Below, piece after piece: positions 61,735-64,000 of a DNA stretch of 64,000 bases. The notes beneath the pieces were generated by a model, which did not search any database, had not been told where the DNA came from, and worked only from the letters and a program-made list of their open reading frames with translations. The first letter of the stretch is position 1; every line of letters begins with the position of its first letter. The DNA is from a virus. Both the position numbers and the translations under genes were made by a program. The stretch lies in the IMG/VR virus record IMGVR_UViG_3300029374_000001, positions 64,001-128,000 of that record; one strand, 5' to 3'.

Positions 61735-62382
61735 AGTTCTCCTTTTATAAAAAACGCAAGATAATCATTCTAAAAAACTTAGAATGATTATTCAAGTGTC
61801 ATCATATCTTCCAAGATTAAAAAAACGCCATATGATTTCTCCATAAATTATAAAGGAGTTTTATATATTTATCATTCGCAATATTCAAAAATTTTCAAAA
61901 AATTCGGAAAGGCGATAATCTTCCTATAATTTTTCGGAACATTTTAAACTTTCAAAAACTTCGAATACCTAGCTAACGCCTTTACGAAGTATATGGGGCT
62001 ATCGCCCATATACTTCTAAAACATATCTCTTATATCTTTTAATTTTATTCTTTATTACAGCGCTCCGCTCCCTCTTCGTAGTTGGATAGCGGAACGCTTA
62101 TATTAAATGGAACTCTATATGCTTTCTTTATAATTTTTATAATAATTTTAAAATTCCAAGTAATTCTTTTAAAACTTGGAATAATTACTACTTCTATTTA
62201 TCTTGGAAAATATATACTAACTTCGTTATTTCTGTTGGAATAAGAATACATTCCTGATTTTTAAATAATTTCTTCAGTTTTTCTTTTTTTTTTAATTTAT
62301 TGGTAAATTTTAAACTATCATTTTAATTTTAAAATTGATACAACATATTTGTAATTTTGAAAATTTTGCTAAAGACTATAAT

Positions 62383-62620
62383 GGCCATAAGACCTCTATA
62401 GGCTCAACGGAATACCACGTACATTAAATACCGAATCACTCGCCTACGGCTAATCACAGATAAAGCTCAGCATCGCGCAATCCGCTTCCCTGCTCCTTGT
62501 CGCTCTGCCATATGGTTTCGTTCCGGACTTCCCCTGAAACATATCCTCGCTGCCTCGCTCGGATACCCGTCCTACACTCAACTACCCTCCGGGGGAGGGG
62601 GTTTTTAGGGGGAGGGGGGA
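62383..62620 (+). other. GC-rich, pyrimidine-biased non-coding island ending in a G-quadruplex-capable G5-A-G5-TTTTTA-G5-A-G6 tract and a CCCTCC-GGG-GGAGGG hairpin with T-run
   Basis: Read from sequence. Composition contrasts sharply with the flanking AT-rich DNA. The only ORF here (minus 62454..62651) is low-complexity and lacks an SD. Confidence 0.4.
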
Positions 62621-62755
62621 AATTTTTTAAAATTAAAATATAACTAAACATATTTTAAGTCGATTTTTGATAATTTTTGAAAAATATACGCAAATTGACA
62701 TCTGAGTATAGACTCAGATGTGATTTCTATTGTTAAAAGGAGGAATTGATAGTAT

Positions 62756-63526
62756 ATGAAAAGCTTGTTGATAGGATTTGAGGGATTAGATGCCAGCTAT
62801 AAACATACTAATGCGGAAGCATTGTATGATCATTTAACAGATGTATATGATAAAGCCATTCGAGCAGATCATTTAAAAATAGAATTGGTTTCTTTTCCAA
62901 GATATAAACATGCCTCCTCTTGGTTTGTCAGAGAATATTTAAATGGTCATTACAATCGTTTTATGATGGATTATGATCAGGTTATATTTCCCAGGCAGTC
63001 TAAGTTGAAACAAGTATCTATGTTTTTCTTGGCAGATATGATTGACTGGTATAGTGATGCATTAAGACGAGGGTTATTTATTAAGAATCATATTATTATC
63101 TTTGATCGCTATATATATTCTATGATGTATTACTTAATTCCAGAGATCTATGCTAAGAAAGAACATCATTATCAAAACTACTTCGAACGATACTTACATA
63201 CCATCAGAGAGAATCCAATGTATGAAGTATTGCCTAAGGTAGATATCTTACTAAAGATGATTACTTCTCCTGATGCTATAGAAAAAGGAATTAATAAAAG
63301 AGGAAGAACCAAAGATAGATATGAAAAGAACCTACAGTATCTGAAAGACGTCAATACATTCTTCAATGGATTAGATTTAAAAGAAGATCTGAATAATACC
63401 AACTATAAAGGATTGAAACACCAATTCGAAATCGATACGGTAGATAAAGATCCAGAAACTATATTTAACGATATATTAAAGAAGATCAATCCAATAGTCA
63501 ATCGATTTGATAAACGAAAGTGGTGA
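62756..63526 (+). CDS. thymidylate kinase family protein (dNMP kinase) with degenerate P-loop
   Basis: LIGFEGLDASYKHT corresponds to IVIEGLEGAGKTT (Gly residues of GxxGxGK replaced by A/S/Y). IIIFDRYIYS is the DR(Y/H) motif. LKMITSPDAIEKGINKRGRTKDRYE corresponds to the LID [22 protein letters not shown]. Very strong SD AAAAGGAGGAATTGATAGTAT-ATG. Confidence 0.6.
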   Translation: MKSLLIGFEGLDASYKHTNAEALYDHLTDVYDKAIRADHLKIELVSFPRYKHASSWFVREYLNGHYNRFMMDYDQVIFPRQSKLKQVSMFFLADMIDWYSDALRRGLFIKNHIIIFDRYIYSMMYYLIPEIYAKKEHHYQNYFERYLHTIRENPMYEVLPKVDILLKMITSPDAIEKGINKRGRTKDRYEKNLQYLKDVNTFFNGLDLKEDLNNTNYKGLKHQFEIDTVDKDPETIFNDILKKINPIVNRFDKRKW

Positions 63527-63532
63527 TAAAAT

Positions 63533-64000
63533 ATGGAAGAACAAGATAGACCTTGTATAGGATTAATATTTGATGCAAGTTTTTTAATATGGGATGTATT
63601 AATTCCTATGGGAATTATTTATACGATATTAAACAGAAATCGGAATGCTAAGTTTGTATATGGTGGATTACCAAGACTCTGTATGCATGTAGAAGATTAT
63701 GCACAAAGTTTAAATATTCCAAAAGATCGATTGATTAAATTAGAGATGGATACATGTGTTAAGAGACATCTGCTTACTCAAACAAAAGAAGCAGAATGGT
63801 TTTCCCAATTATTGGCTTATCATCCTGGAAGAATATATTGCTTTAGAGATAATACACATTCTAATGCAACAGGTGTAATGGTTATGCATGCTGTACGTCA
63901 GAATATTCCTGTTATAGAGATAGACAATCATGGTAATAAGAGACAAATAACTAAAAATGCTCCCAGCGATCTTAATATTATTTATGCTCGTAAAGCAGGA
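63533..64000 (+). CDS. hypothetical protein, 5' part (ORF runs off the window end)
   Basis: ATG 63533 after GTGGTGA; open frame to position 64000 (MEEQDRPCIGLIFDASFLIWDVLIPMG...); not in track because incomplete. Confidence 0.45.
   Translation, partial: MEEQDRPCIGLIFDASFLIWDVLIPMGIIYTILNRNRNAKFVYGGLPRLCMHVEDYAQSLNIPKDRLIKLEMDTCVKRHLLTQTKEAEWFSQLLAYHPGRIYCFRDNTHSNATGVMVMHAVRQNIPVIEIDNHGNKRQITKNAPSDLNIIYARKAG

Noticed and set aside
62040-62620. tRNA or tmRNA genes in the GC-rich patches
   Set aside because: No acceptor/T-arm cloverleaf could be built by eye (only a weak GGTTTCGTTCC T-loop-like string), and no tag-peptide reading frame was found; left as an unassigned structured element.
62454-62651. 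Minus-strand 65-aa ORF (MFSYILILKNFPPPPKNPLPRR...)
   Set aside because: It lies entirely within the GC-rich, purine/pyrimidine-tract island, is low-complexity, and has neither an SD nor a gene neighbour in the same orientation; judged spurious.
1-64000. Diversity-generating retroelement or other targeted hypervariation mechanism for the repeat-rich fibre genes
   Set aside because: No reverse transcriptase, template repeat or adenine-specific mismatch pattern is visible in this window; repeat divergence looks like ordinary duplication and drift.

Overview
This window is a strongly AT-rich, gene-dense segment that reads like a jumbo bacteriophage of a low-GC Gram-positive host: most genes carry AGGAGG-type Shine-Dalgarno sites, are tightly packed or overlapping, and all but two blocks (6741..11035 and from 55243 onward) lie on the minus strand. 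The contents are as follows. (i) A virion fibre module with three giant proteins (more than 1820 aa truncated by the window edge, 1980 aa and 2226 aa) built from shared Ig-like repeat modules; the 1980-aa protein and a 581-aa fibre protein carry BspA-type leucine-rich-repeat (LRR) domains, and the 1..5463 protein contains large intragenic tandem duplications. A tail-collar-domain fibre and two small paralogous fibre-associated proteins lie alongside. (ii) A split multisubunit RNA polymerase: a highly divergent beta subunit (55243..59535), a beta' middle fragment with the bridge helix and half of the trigger loop (23185..24438), and a beta' N-terminal fragment (17201..19144). The N-terminal fragment is interrupted inside the catalytic NADFDGD motif by a 399-nt ORF-less group I self-splicing intron (17447..17845), identifiable from its conserved R and S core elements. 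(iii) Seven copies of an invariant promoter element, TTTTGTAATCTAA-N12-13-TATATATTATA on the transcribed minus strand; three of them sit in a ~280-bp tandem repeat array upstream of a tandem family of six paralogous N-terminally membrane-anchored proteins. (iv) Auxiliary genes: RNase H, a thymidylate-kinase-like protein with a degenerate P-loop, an HNH-like protein and a duplicated zinc-ribbon protein. (v) A ~1-kb divergent non-coding region (61735..62755) with hairpins, short direct repeats and a ~240-bp GC-rich, strand-asymmetric island ending in four G5-6 tracts that could form a G-quadruplex. (vi) A family of perfect palindromic hairpins centred on (C)ATAT(G) at gene ends, likely terminators. 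No CRISPR array, rRNA, tRNA, integrase or transposase was seen. All protein calls are from hand-read motifs only; nothing was searched against a database.
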